Origin: an uncultured delta proteobacterium
GTDB lineage: Bacteria; Desulfobacterota; Desulfobacteria; Desulfobacterales; JAFDCJ01
NCBI GenBank assembly: GCA_963769935.1
Contig: CAVYNY010000010.1
Coordinates: forward strand, 512,001-576,000
Direction: 5' to 3'
Length of the DNA: 64,000 nucleotides
Shown: piece after piece, positions 29,325 to 38,419 of the stretch
Numbering within the stretch: position 1 is the stretch's first letter
Layout of the letters: every line of letters begins with the position of its first letter
Notes under the pieces: generated by a model
Databases searched by the model: none
What the model saw: the letters and a program-made list of their open reading frames with translations, nothing else
Told to the model about the DNA's origin: nothing
Program-made: the position numbers and the translations under genes

Positions 29325-30248
29325 TTAACCTCCGGATCGTTTCCATCTGTTAATAAATGTTCTGGAGACCGTATATACAATTTGAGAACCTGCAAACAGC
29401 AACTTCAAGATCAATATCACCAATAGTTTACAGAAGTTTAAGAAAGCTTTTAATTTTTCTTTTGGATCACCTTTGTTCACAATTACTGGTTTAATATTTA
29501 TACCGGCATCATACACTTTGTGGTCAACAACGACGTATTTGGTGCCGGTTCTATTTAAATCTTTTTCCTCTCCCAACCTTCTACATATAGCACCTGTATT
29601 TGAATAATAAATGGCGTAGCTCGGGCAGAAATATTCGGTTCTCTCCCAGTCCGTCAATCGATTCAGCTGTTGCCTAAACTCGCTCTTCATAAGGCTGGAC
29701 AGTTCGGTTGCACCGGCTTCAAGAAACAAAATGCTTCCCTTTATATGACATCGTCCCTTTTTTAGGCTGCCTAAACCGCCGGGAGATTTCCAAAAGAATT
29801 GGCCATTATTGATTTCTGTGATTTCATACCGACCCAGTTTATAGGAAATAGGTGCTGTCGTATCTGCCCTGATCGATTTGCGCGTGGCTTTAGGTGCCTT
29901 TTTTTGAATTAATTCATTTTTTCGAAGAATAGCCTTGTCTTGCAGCCGGCTTTTCACTCCTGCAAAAAGTGGTTTTCTGCTGACGGGTTGACATTTGAAA
30001 ATTTTGTAGCTTGCACAGTAGTATTTAGTTTTTTCCCATTTCGGCAGTTTGTTGAGATGATCAAGAAACTCTCCTTTTAAAAATCCCGGCGCCGCAATAT
30101 CGTTTGGTTCTATGAACAGGATATCTTCATTTATGAAGCACTTTCCACTCTTCAAAGAACCTAAACCAATATGGGTTTCCCACCACAAGTCACCGTGATT
30201 GTTTTCGATAATTTTATAATCAGCCAGTCTGTAAGCAGTGTTTTGCAT
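29325..30248 (-). CDS. Hypothetical protein with an internally duplicated ~80-aa domain and C-terminal TM
   Basis: 307-aa ORF with GGAGG RBS; two copies of Y.L..Y.I.E...G...W....GLGSLK.G.C.I...ILF.E...EF...LN.L..WE.T.Y.C.SY. Confidence 0.7.
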   Translation of the reverse strand: MQNTAYRLADYKIIENNHGDLWWETHIGLGSLKSGKCFINEDILFIEPNDIAAPGFLKGEFLDHLNKLPKWEKTKYYCASYKIFKCQPVSRKPLFAGVKSRLQDKAILRKNELIQKKAPKATRKSIRADTTAPISYKLGRYEITEINNGQFFWKSPGGLGSLKKGRCHIKGSILFLEAGATELSSLMKSEFRQQLNRLTDWERTEYFCPSYAIYYSNTGAICRRLGEEKDLNRTGTKYVVVDHKVYDAGINIKPVIVNKGDPKEKLKAFLNFCKLLVILILKLLFAGSQIVYTVSRTFINRWKRSGG

Positions 30249-30362
30249 CGCTTGTCTGTCACACCTCCAATTATTGGTACCAAATTCTGAACAGGAAAGC
30301 AGATGGTTCCCAAATAGCTCCCGTTCAGACTCGCTAATGTGCAGCTCCGGTTTGCAAAGGAA

Positions 30363-30776
30363 TCATAAAAGAAGAGAAAGATTTCGCAGATATGCTGGTG
30401 GAAATTGAACTTTTACGTATTCATTCGGGCGTGAGAAAAAAATTCTTATGAAATTGACGTTGGGCTGGTAATCCGAAAAATTAAATAAAATTGTCGGGCT
30501 ATTAAATATATCCAATTTTGCCGTCGAGGGGGCGGAGTTTGACAGCTTGATTCTTTGTACATCCTCTACATTACAGCTTGTACACTGGGTTCCTGAACAG
30601 CGGTTATGAAATGGAAAACACTGCCCTGCCTGTGCTGTACCTTGAGGACCATGCCGACAAGCTTCCCCACAAAAACACGCCTGGGGCAACAGACTGTTTG
30701 CAAAGAGACCTATGATGAAAAATTTAATAAAAAACAACCTGAATATTTTTACATTTCTCAACAGATTTATCTCCAT
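30363..30776 (-). CDS. Hypothetical Cys/His-rich membrane-anchored protein
   Basis: Hydrophobic N-terminus followed by CFCGEACRH and HNRCSGTQCTSC. Confidence 0.5.
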   Translation of the reverse strand: MEINLLRNVKIFRLFFIKFFIIGLFANSLLPQACFCGEACRHGPQGTAQAGQCFPFHNRCSGTQCTSCNVEDVQRIKLSNSAPSTAKLDIFNSPTILFNFSDYQPNVNFIRIFFSRPNEYVKVQFPPAYLRNLSLLL

Positions 30777-31052
30777 ATTTTAATCCATCAAGAAAGCCGC
30801 CGGATCACCATACCATAGTCAGTTGTTTTATATACCACGTTTGCAGGATGGTATTCAAGACACAACTCACGATTTCAAAACCCAACACCTGCGGCAGACG
30901 GGTTTACGTTCAACATCTATATAGACTTCTTGACTATTTGTTTACCCTGACATAGGAATACTTAGTAGATTTATCCAACGTTAAGGTAAAATCAATATGT
31001 CAGAAGAAATTGAGAGGAAAATTCCCCCATCCGTCAAGTCCTCCCATAGCGG

Positions 31053-31382
31053 GTGAAAACATATGCCAACCAACACAATGCCTTTGTAACCGCAGGCGTC
31101 GATGCAACCCTGCTCCAGCAGGGACCTGTTGAAGCAATTGTGGAACGGATCAAATTGTATATCGATAAAATGGCAAGAGATGGCCGCTGCATGCTTCACC
31201 TCAACCAGATACCGGCGGATACCCCGCCGCAGCATATTCACGCCGCGGTAGCAGCCTACCATACCTATGGCAGACACCCCATTCCCGATAATCCGGAGAA
31301 CATCCATTTCGAAATGCCGCAAAGAGAAAGCTTTGCAGAATTTATGGAAAACAAAGGAGTAAAAAATGATCGTTCAAGCTAA
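31053..31382 (+). pseudogene. 3' fragment of a uroporphyrinogen decarboxylase/MtaA-like barrel protein
   Basis: LLQQGPVEAI..IPADTPPQHIHAAV resembles a UroD-family C-terminus; no RBS; 5' portion absent. Confidence 0.55.
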
Positions 31383-31845
31383 ACCCTTGACTCCCGATGC
31401 TTTTGCGCCCTTCGGGCAGGTTTTGATGGGGCCCGGTAAAGGCCCGGAACGCTATGCCTTTGCCGCCCGCATGCAAAATGAACGCGCCGCGGCCCGGCCG
31501 AATATGACCTTTATGCGGGTAAATCCCGCAGCGCGACCGATTCGGATCAAGAGCCTCGAGCGCCATGTCTACTCCAACCAAACCTTCATTCCGTTGAACG
31601 GCACCGGCCAGCTGGTAGCCGTGTGCCCTTCCGACGGGCAAGGACGGCCCATGCTCGAACGGCTCCTCGCTTTCGTTGCGACAGGCGCCCAGGCCGTCAA
31701 CTACAATGCCAATACATGGCATGCACCCCGAACGGCCATCCGGGGGCCGGGTGAATTCATCATGTTTCGCTGGGACGACGGCACCGACCAGGATACCGAA
31801 AGTTGGCCGCTGGAAGAGACCATCAAGATTGCCCTTGCGAAGTAG
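31366..31845 (+). CDS. allA: Ureidoglycolate lyase family protein
   Basis: PLTPDAFAPFG, LERHVYSNQTFIPL and VNYNANTWHAP; AAGGAG RBS. Confidence 0.8.
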   Translation: MIVQAKPLTPDAFAPFGQVLMGPGKGPERYAFAARMQNERAAARPNMTFMRVNPAARPIRIKSLERHVYSNQTFIPLNGTGQLVAVCPSDGQGRPMLERLLAFVATGAQAVNYNANTWHAPRTAIRGPGEFIMFRWDDGTDQDTESWPLEETIKIALAK

Positions 31846-31927
31846 AGTAATCATAGCTAAACAAACACAATGTTTGGCGCCAAATATTAAACAATTAAGA
31901 TGTGACCCTGTTACGTTAGGAGAGGAC

Positions 31928-33040
31928 ATGCAGATCACGTTGCCAGACCGTAAAAAAATCCTCACCACAGGCTGCGCCATGCTGTGGTTCTGGCTTCTTT
32001 TGTCTATTCCCGCAACCGCCTTTTCGCAAACCGACAGTGCGGCGCAGCGCAAACTATTGGTGGGAGTGGTGTCGGCCCCGCCGGCTTACATAAAAACGGC
32101 TGATAATCGATGGGAGGGTTTCAGCGTTGAAATCTGGCAGGCGGTGGCGCAAGAATTGGGCCTTGCCTTCGAATTTCGGGAATTCAGCAATCTTGAATCT
32201 TTGCTGTCGGCGCTCGAACAAAAGGAAATAGATGTCATCCCCGCCGTGGCCGTCGCGGATCGTTTTGAGACTACTATGGATTTCAGCCAATCCTATTTGA
32301 AATCGGGGCTATCCATTGCGGTGCCGGCCGAGGGGGTTGATTACCGCTGGATTAACGTTATCAAAAGTATATTTTCACCGCATATCCTCAAAGCGATTGC
32401 CTTGTTGCTTTTGATGTCCCTGATAGTCGGAATCATCGTCTGGTCATTCGAGAAGCGGCGGAACAGTGAAATGTTCGGCGACGGTACGGTCAAAGGGATC
32501 GGTCACGGCATCTGGTATGCCATGGTGACAATGACCACCGTGGGCTATGGCGACAAAGCGCCAAAAACCATGGGTGGGCGGATCGCTGCGATCATCTGGA
32601 TGATTTTCTCAATTGTTTTTATCGCCGCCTTTACGGCGACCATCACGACGCAGCTGACCCTGACCGAACTGAGAGGCAAGGTTCACGGTTTTAATGATCT
32701 CTACCATGCGCGGGTCGGAGGTATCGGCGGGTCTGAGGGTTTCGCCTTTTTAGCTAAAAAGGGAATCGCCACAATTCCATTTGAAAGTATAAAGGAAGGG
32801 TTGACGGCGGTTGAAAACCGGAAAATCGATGCGTTTGTGCAGGACGAAAAAATTTTGCAGTATCTTATAAAAACAGAGTTTCCCGGCCGGGTACAGGTCG
32901 TGGGCGGCACTTTCGATGAATATTTCGTGAGCATCGCCTTGCAGCAAAACAGCGGGCTTCGCAAAACGATCAACCAGGCCTTGCTGAAATTTATGAATTC
33001 GGATACTTGGACGGAGCTGCTGAATCGCTATATCAGGTAA
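31928..33040 (+). CDS. GluR0-like ligand-gated K+ channel (split SBP_bac_3 domain + pore)
   Basis: Signal peptide, S1 lobe, TM-P-loop-TM with TMTTVGYGD filter, then S2 lobe. Confidence 0.85.
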   Translation: MQITLPDRKKILTTGCAMLWFWLLLSIPATAFSQTDSAAQRKLLVGVVSAPPAYIKTADNRWEGFSVEIWQAVAQELGLAFEFREFSNLESLLSALEQKEIDVIPAVAVADRFETTMDFSQSYLKSGLSIAVPAEGVDYRWINVIKSIFSPHILKAIALLLLMSLIVGIIVWSFEKRRNSEMFGDGTVKGIGHGIWYAMVTMTTVGYGDKAPKTMGGRIAAIIWMIFSIVFIAAFTATITTQLTLTELRGKVHGFNDLYHARVGGIGGSEGFAFLAKKGIATIPFESIKEGLTAVENRKIDAFVQDEKILQYLIKTEFPGRVQVVGGTFDEYFVSIALQQNSGLRKTINQALLKFMNSDTWTELLNRYIR

Positions 33041-33388
33041 AGCATCCTGGATTAAAGGGCCACGCAGACATCCGCAGATTACGCAGATTAAAATATCAAT
33101 AATTTTTGATGAATTAATTGTTGAGATGAAGGCTAGGTTGAACGATTTATCCGATATTCAAGACCTTCCGGGCGGGGATAAACCCCGCCCACACGGGACG
33201 TGTTGTTGTTCCAGCCTTCCTGTTGGAATCACTCAATTTAGGTAGACTATAGATATGCTGCGGCAGGCTGCCGAATCCGCCCGGTCAGCCAGCCATAGCC
33301 ATAGCGGGAAAAACGCGAGGCCCGACACCGGGACATGGGTGTCCGCCTGGATTCCGGGCCGGAGCCGTCATTTTGCACCTTCTTCAAA

Positions 33389-33988
33389 TTAACTTTTACC
33401 AACTTTACTGCGCAGGATTTCCAGCAATTTTTCCGGTGAATCTTTGGCCAATATCTCTCTGAACTGGCTGCGGTAGTTGTTCACCATGCTGACCCCTTCA
33501 ATGATCACGTCGTAAACCTTCCAGGAACCGCTTTTGTCCGTGAGCCGGTAAAAAAGCGGGATCTTCTTGCCGTCTGCCGTCTGCAGATAACTCTGCACCT
33601 CGGCGGTTCCCTTTTTAAGCGTGTCTTCCTTGTCAAATATAATTTTCTGATCCGAGTACGCCAGCAGCCGGTCCGCATAAACTCCCTGCAGCAGTTCCGT
33701 GAACAACTGCACAAATTCTTTTTGCTGCGCGTCGTTCATATTTTTCCACCCCTTGCCCAGGGTTCTTTTTGACAGTTCATCAAAGTCGAATATCGTATTG
33801 ATGGCATCCGTCAATTGGGTGACCTGCTGATCTTTGGGTTTGGCCTTGAAGGCCGGATCGGTCAGCGTCGCCAGCACTTTGTCGACGCCCGTCTTCACGG
33901 TTTCCATCGGCGTTGCAGCATTTCCGGCCAACGGAATTACCAATACCACTGTCAGTATCAATATAACTGCGGTAAATAGTTTGTTCAT
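33389..33988 (-). CDS. mlaC: MlaC/Ttg2D phospholipid-binding protein
   Basis: WKVYDVIIEGVSMVNNYRSQF signature; signal peptide; GGGAGG RBS. Confidence 0.9.
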   Translation of the reverse strand: MNKLFTAVILILTVVLVIPLAGNAATPMETVKTGVDKVLATLTDPAFKAKPKDQQVTQLTDAINTIFDFDELSKRTLGKGWKNMNDAQQKEFVQLFTELLQGVYADRLLAYSDQKIIFDKEDTLKKGTAEVQSYLQTADGKKIPLFYRLTDKSGSWKVYDVIIEGVSMVNNYRSQFREILAKDSPEKLLEILRSKVGKS

Positions 33989-34028
33989 ACCTGCCTCCCT
34001 CCGGGATTCGTTGAGATCGTTGTGATCA

Positions 34029-34102
34029 TCCCAGTTAAACAAAAGACAAAAAGGTTTAACGGGATAAATTTGCATCGTTGGGATCGTTATGTCCGTTTAG
34101 AT
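34029..34102. repeat. ~70-bp repeat, copy 1 (copy 2 at 37081-37154)
   Basis: TCCCAGTTAAACAAA.GACAAAAAGGTTTAACGGGA..AATTTGCATCGTTG.GATCGTT, nearly identical at both sites. Confidence 0.85.
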
Positions 34103-34149
34103 CCTAAGCGCTTTTACTCCCTTCTTCATATATGAAACTACACTATAAA

Positions 34150-34500
34150 AGTTTCTTCCTCGATCAGACTGGACGCTGGCGGCCAGAGGCGGTGCTCGTA
34201 TGAAACTTCATGAAATTCGATGTCATTTTTAGTCTGAAGTTAATTCCTGGCGGGAGTGGTTTTTAACCACGATTACAGATATCGGCCCGGCAGAGTGAAT
34301 CGCGATTGCCTCCAGCCCGTAAGGCTTGCGCCCCGGAGGGAAAACCGCTCCCACAGCATCTTTAAACTGTTTTCAGGTTCCCACAAAGTATCATCTTCAA
34401 TCAAACTGGTCGCCTTCGCGGCCAACGGCGCCGCTGCCACCTGAAACCAGCTTGACCCGCATATTTCCACCTTCCCCATTCCGCATTCCGAATTCAATTC
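34150..34500. repeat. Composite repeat element homologous to 2240-2810
   Basis: 34150-34240 is an inverted homolog of 2371-2466; REP-like unit 34250-34354 matches 2539-2643; ends in an (ATTCCGC)-type heptamer run. Confidence 0.8.
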
Positions 34501-34508
34501 TATTCTGT

Positions 34509-35015
34509 CTATTCTTCCTTGCCGGCTTCCTGCTTGCCTGTTCCGTCTTCTTTCTTGCCGGCTCCTCCGCCGACATCACCGAACGCGTACTTGCTGACCA
34601 GATCCATGATATCGGTGGGGGCGTTGGTATCGGTGATGGTATCGGCGTCGGCCAGCAGATCCCCGCCGCCGCCCGGATCGATCGAAACGTATTTATCCCC
34701 GATCAGACCTTCGGTCTTAATCGAAGCGATGGCATCGTCATAGACCTCGATGCCCTTGTTGATTCTAAACTGCACCCTGACCACCTGCTTCTCCTGATCC
34801 ATCTTAAAGCTCTCTACCCTACCGATTTCCAGCCCCAGCATGTCCACCGGGTTTCCCACCCGCAGCCCGGTCACCGTGGTAAAATCGCCGTACAACGAGT
34901 ACGTGTTATCACCGAAAAACCCCACGTTGCCCAGTTTAACGGTCATATAGCCAATACACGCCAGCCCGATCACTACAAAAAGGCCTACTACGGTCTCCTT
35001 GGAATATTTCTTCAT
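34509..35015 (-). CDS. mlaD: MlaD (MCE domain) protein
   Basis: ETVVGLFV, TGLRVGNPV and IKTEGLIGDKYVSIDPGG. Confidence 0.9.
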   Translation of the reverse strand: MKKYSKETVVGLFVVIGLACIGYMTVKLGNVGFFGDNTYSLYGDFTTVTGLRVGNPVDMLGLEIGRVESFKMDQEKQVVRVQFRINKGIEVYDDAIASIKTEGLIGDKYVSIDPGGGGDLLADADTITDTNAPTDIMDLVSKYAFGDVGGGAGKKEDGTGKQEAGKEE

Positions 35016-35340
35016 CCTGATTTTCCTCTTATGAAATAAGTTACCACGTAATCTGAAATCAGCAGTCCCTTTTTGGGACTCGGGGCCTGGCCGCCAGCGG
35101 TATCTTCAACCGTTGCATTGTCTGCCATTTTGTGGCTTCTCCTAAAATCGAATCAAACCATCATCCGCTTTTAGTCCCAATATCCCATTTTCACACCCCT
35201 CCAAAGGCGGATCATCGACATCCCACTATTCCATGGGTTATCCGACGGCAACGACCACCCCTCTCTCCGAGCTGTAGGCTCTACGAGCCGGCAGCTGGGG
35301 TTAAGTCAGATCCTGGCCCTCTGGGGTAAAAATCATGACT

Positions 35341-35979
35341 TTATTGCCCGCCGGCCGTCGGCCGCGCCAGAGCCTTGATTGCCTCTGCAATCTGCCGGCT
35401 GAGTGCCTCCACGGCGAGGCTTTGGGTCCGCACCACAGCGGCGATATCGTCGCCGGCGACAGGTTCGGAGAAATTGGCATATCTTTTCAATAGCTCGGTC
35501 CGGCCGTTTTCCCCGAAAATGGTCCACCAGGCGCGCAGCAGGACATTGCCTCCGGGCGTTCCTATGAGATCGATGACATCCACCGTTACCTGGTAATCCG
35601 TTTGGTTCGCTTGCAGCCAGGGGAAAATGGCGACGTTTTCAGTGTTCAGCAAGCAGGATAAGTTTTCAGCCAGAACCCGGGCAAAGCCGCCCCCCAAGGG
35701 ATCCCCCCACTCGGCAAATTCACTCAGCCGGATTTCATTTCCGCCGGTGCCGGTCACGATCTGAGGCCGATCCAGCTTGCCGGAAATCCTTACCGGGCCC
35801 ACACCGATGGCGACATTCTTCAGGTCGGCGATGGGTGCCGGCCGGGTTTTCGCACTATACACAGAAGTCAGCACATAAAACCGGGTGGATCTGGAATTGG
35901 CCGGTCCCAGGCATCCGAGCAGAAGAAACAGCAAAGCACCCGGCACTAAGATAATTAAATTTAACCGGTTATGTCGCAT
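35341..35979 (-). CDS. PqiC-like ABC transport auxiliary lipoprotein
   Basis: Lipobox LLGC, RFYVL, LDRPQIV and EW..PL...RVLAENL. Confidence 0.85.
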   Translation of the reverse strand: MRHNRLNLIILVPGALLFLLLGCLGPANSRSTRFYVLTSVYSAKTRPAPIADLKNVAIGVGPVRISGKLDRPQIVTGTGGNEIRLSEFAEWGDPLGGGFARVLAENLSCLLNTENVAIFPWLQANQTDYQVTVDVIDLIGTPGGNVLLRAWWTIFGENGRTELLKRYANFSEPVAGDDIAAVVRTQSLAVEALSRQIAEAIKALARPTAGGQ

Positions 35980-37049
35980 CAGAACTCTCCTTTCTGAGGT
36001 TTGCCCCGCAGCAGGGCATCCGGATTTCGTTGGAGATAATCTGCCAGAACTCGAATCGAGCGGGCGGCCTGGGACAATTCGGCAACGGCTGTTTCAACCT
36101 GGATCCGCAGGGGTGAGCCCTCTCCAATAGCACCATTTACGCTTGCCAGGGTTTCTTGAGACTTTTGAAAGGTCTTGGCGAGATCGTCGGCAAGCGTTTT
36201 TACCTGGCCGTTGATATTTTCCGTCAGCCGGCCGACATCTTTTATCGTATTGCCCGCCGAATCTGATGTACTTTTAAAGCTGTTTGCCAGCGGCCCCACC
36301 TGGCTGTTCAGATTTGCGATCAGATTTTGGGCGTCCTTCAGGGTTTGGTTGAGATCGGCGGACATCAGTTCAATTTTTTTATCCAGATGCTGGGCAATGC
36401 TGCGGAAGTCCCCCATCGTTTGTTTGAAATAATGCAGGCTTTTGGTGAGTTCTTCGGACGTCACAATACGTTCAATGCCCTGCAGAGACTTGTTTATGCT
36501 GTTTACGATCTCGCCGATTGGAATTTCTTCCAGGGTCTTTTCAATTTTTTGCAGCGGTGTCTGGACCGTCGGGATTTCAATCACACCCGCAGGGAGTTTT
36601 ATATTTTCGCTGCTGATCATTCTAACCGGCGTGTCCGGATAAAAATCGATGTTGATCATCAGCTGACCCGTAACCATACTCTGCGTTTGCAGCTGGGCTT
36701 TTAATCCTTTTTTAATGAGATCCTGGATATATTGTTTTCGATTTTCGACAACCGCCCCGAGCGCTTGAAAATTTTCAGGATCTATTTCCATGAAAACCGG
36801 GATTTCAAACGAGTGACTGCTTTGATCGGCATAAATCATTATTTTGGTGACCTGTCCAATCTTGACGCCCCTGAACACCACCGGCGCTCCGACACTGAGG
36901 CCTTTGACCGAGCCCTGGAAATAGGCCACATATTCCGACGTTTTGACAAAAAATTTGCCGGAGCCGAAAATGATGATGGCCGCCACCCCCAGCGCCAATG
37001 CCGCCAAGACAAAGGCGCCGATAGCTTTTTTGTTTGCTTGTTTGCTCAT
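35979..37049 (-). CDS. MCE/MlaD-family protein with long helical tail (PqiB-like)
   Basis: GSVKGLSVGAPVVFRGVKIG, GLKAQL and LADYLQRNPDALLRGK. Confidence 0.88.
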   Translation of the reverse strand: MSKQANKKAIGAFVLAALALGVAAIIIFGSGKFFVKTSEYVAYFQGSVKGLSVGAPVVFRGVKIGQVTKIMIYADQSSHSFEIPVFMEIDPENFQALGAVVENRKQYIQDLIKKGLKAQLQTQSMVTGQLMINIDFYPDTPVRMISSENIKLPAGVIEIPTVQTPLQKIEKTLEEIPIGEIVNSINKSLQGIERIVTSEELTKSLHYFKQTMGDFRSIAQHLDKKIELMSADLNQTLKDAQNLIANLNSQVGPLANSFKSTSDSAGNTIKDVGRLTENINGQVKTLADDLAKTFQKSQETLASVNGAIGEGSPLRIQVETAVAELSQAARSIRVLADYLQRNPDALLRGKPQKGEF

Positions 37050-37080
37050 GGATTATTGATCCTCTTGACGGTTGAGAGCG

Positions 37081-37414
37081 TCCCAGTTAAACAAACGACA
37101 AAAAGGTTTAACGGGAAGAATTTGCATCGTTGAGATCGTTTAGTTCGTTAAGATGGTTTTGATCGTTTGGATCGTTTATGGGTTGAATAGGTTGATTGGG
37201 TTGATTGAGTTGAATAAGCTGATAGGTTTAAATGGATATACCTTACCAGCTTAATCAACCAATCAACTTAATCAACTCTTCTCGCTATCAACTATGAACT
37301 ATCAACCGGCACTGAAAGTGCCTCAACCCGCACCTCGCAACCCGCACCCCGTAGCCCGCAACTCGCAACACACAATATGTATTATTCCGCAATCCGCAAT
37401 CCCAAATCCGCAAT
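37081..37414. repeat. Mosaic of 7-9-mer tandem arrays within the mla operon
   Basis: Copy 2 of the 70-bp repeat; (GATCGTTNN)n; (GGTTGATTG)n inverted against (AATCAACTT)n; (CTATSAA)n; (CCCGCAM)n; (ATCCGCA)n. Confidence 0.85.
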
Positions 37415-37418
37415 CGTT

Positions 37419-38192
37419 TTACTTCTCTCCCCGCGTCAAAAACCGGTGCACCGTGGGGTCCTTGGAGTCCGCCAGCAGTTTCTTGGGATCGCCCTGGGCG
37501 ATCATGGTCTTTTTCTCAGGGTCCAGAAACACCGAGTTGTTCCCGATGGCAAAAATGCTGGCCAGCTCGTGGGTGACCACCACCACCGTCGCTCCCAGGC
37601 TTTCGCGCAGCTCCAGAATCAGGTCATCCAGCAGCCGGGCGCTGATCGGGTCCAGGCCGGCCGAAGGTTCATCAAAAAACAGGATTTCCGGATCCAGGGC
37701 CATGGCCCGAGCCAGGCCGGCCCGCTTCTGCATGCCGCCGCTGATCTCCGACGGGTAGTACTCCTCAAAGCCGGCCAGGCCGACCAGCGCCAGTTTCAAG
37801 GATACGAGCTTCTGAATTTGTCCTGCTTTCAAATCCGTGTATTCCTGCAGGGGCAGCGCAATGTTTTCGGCCAGGGTCATGGAACTGAACAGGGCGCCGC
37901 TCTGATACAGGACGCCGAACTGCCGCATAATCCGGTCGCGCTCGGCCGGTTCTGCATCCCAGAAGCTGACGGCGCCATAAATCACCTTGCCTTTGGCCGG
38001 CTTCCTCAACCCGATCATATGCCTTAACAGGGTACTCTTGCCGCACCCGCTGCCGCCCATGATGATGAAAATATCGCCGCGGTTGACCGTAAAGGTCAGG
38101 TTCTGTTGAACCACAAAAGAACCGTAGGCCATGGTCAGATCTTTGACCGTGATGTGTGCCTCATGATTGTTATGTGCTTCCGATGCTGTCAT
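37419..38192 (-). CDS. mlaF: MlaF-like ABC ATPase
   Basis: GGSGCGKST, FQ/YQSGALF, ISGGMQKRAGLARA and FDEPSAGLDP. Confidence 0.9.
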   Translation of the reverse strand: MTASEAHNNHEAHITVKDLTMAYGSFVVQQNLTFTVNRGDIFIIMGGSGCGKSTLLRHMIGLRKPAKGKVIYGAVSFWDAEPAERDRIMRQFGVLYQSGALFSSMTLAENIALPLQEYTDLKAGQIQKLVSLKLALVGLAGFEEYYPSEISGGMQKRAGLARAMALDPEILFFDEPSAGLDPISARLLDDLILELRESLGATVVVVTHELASIFAIGNNSVFLDPEKKTMIAQGDPKKLLADSKDPTVHRFLTRGEK

Positions 38193-38210
38193 GGATTTAT
38201 CTTTGGTAAG

Positions 38211-38419
38211 AAATGCCTAAAATTCAAAATGCCTAAATTGCCTAAAATTGAGGATTCGCTTCGCTCTGTCTAAACAGAAAGGCGATGAGCGCTGTGACCA
38301 GAAGACTGAGCATTTGGTTCCATGCATGATGCGAATTCTTTTTAACTCTGTCCCCAGTCCTCGTCCCTTAGTCCTAATACGCCTTTTGCCTTTAGCCTTG
38401 AGCCTTTAACCTTAAGCCT
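38211..38419. repeat. Short tandem arrays between mlaE and mlaF
   Basis: (TGCCTAAA)n, (GTCCYYA)n and (GCCTTTA)n runs; the last type also occurs at 62030-62056. Confidence 0.75.

Noticed and set aside
30880..31052. Tn3 or IS91 terminal sequence at the island edge
   Set aside because: Only short resemblances (ACGTTAAG, GGAAAATTCC); no partner end and no transposase.
31676..31927. N-terminal extension of the channel ORF
   Set aside because: It overlaps allA; ATG 31928 has an AGAGGA RBS and a signal peptide.
37081..37414. CRISPR array
   Set aside because: Units are 7-9 nt and degenerate, with no unique spacers and no cas genes.
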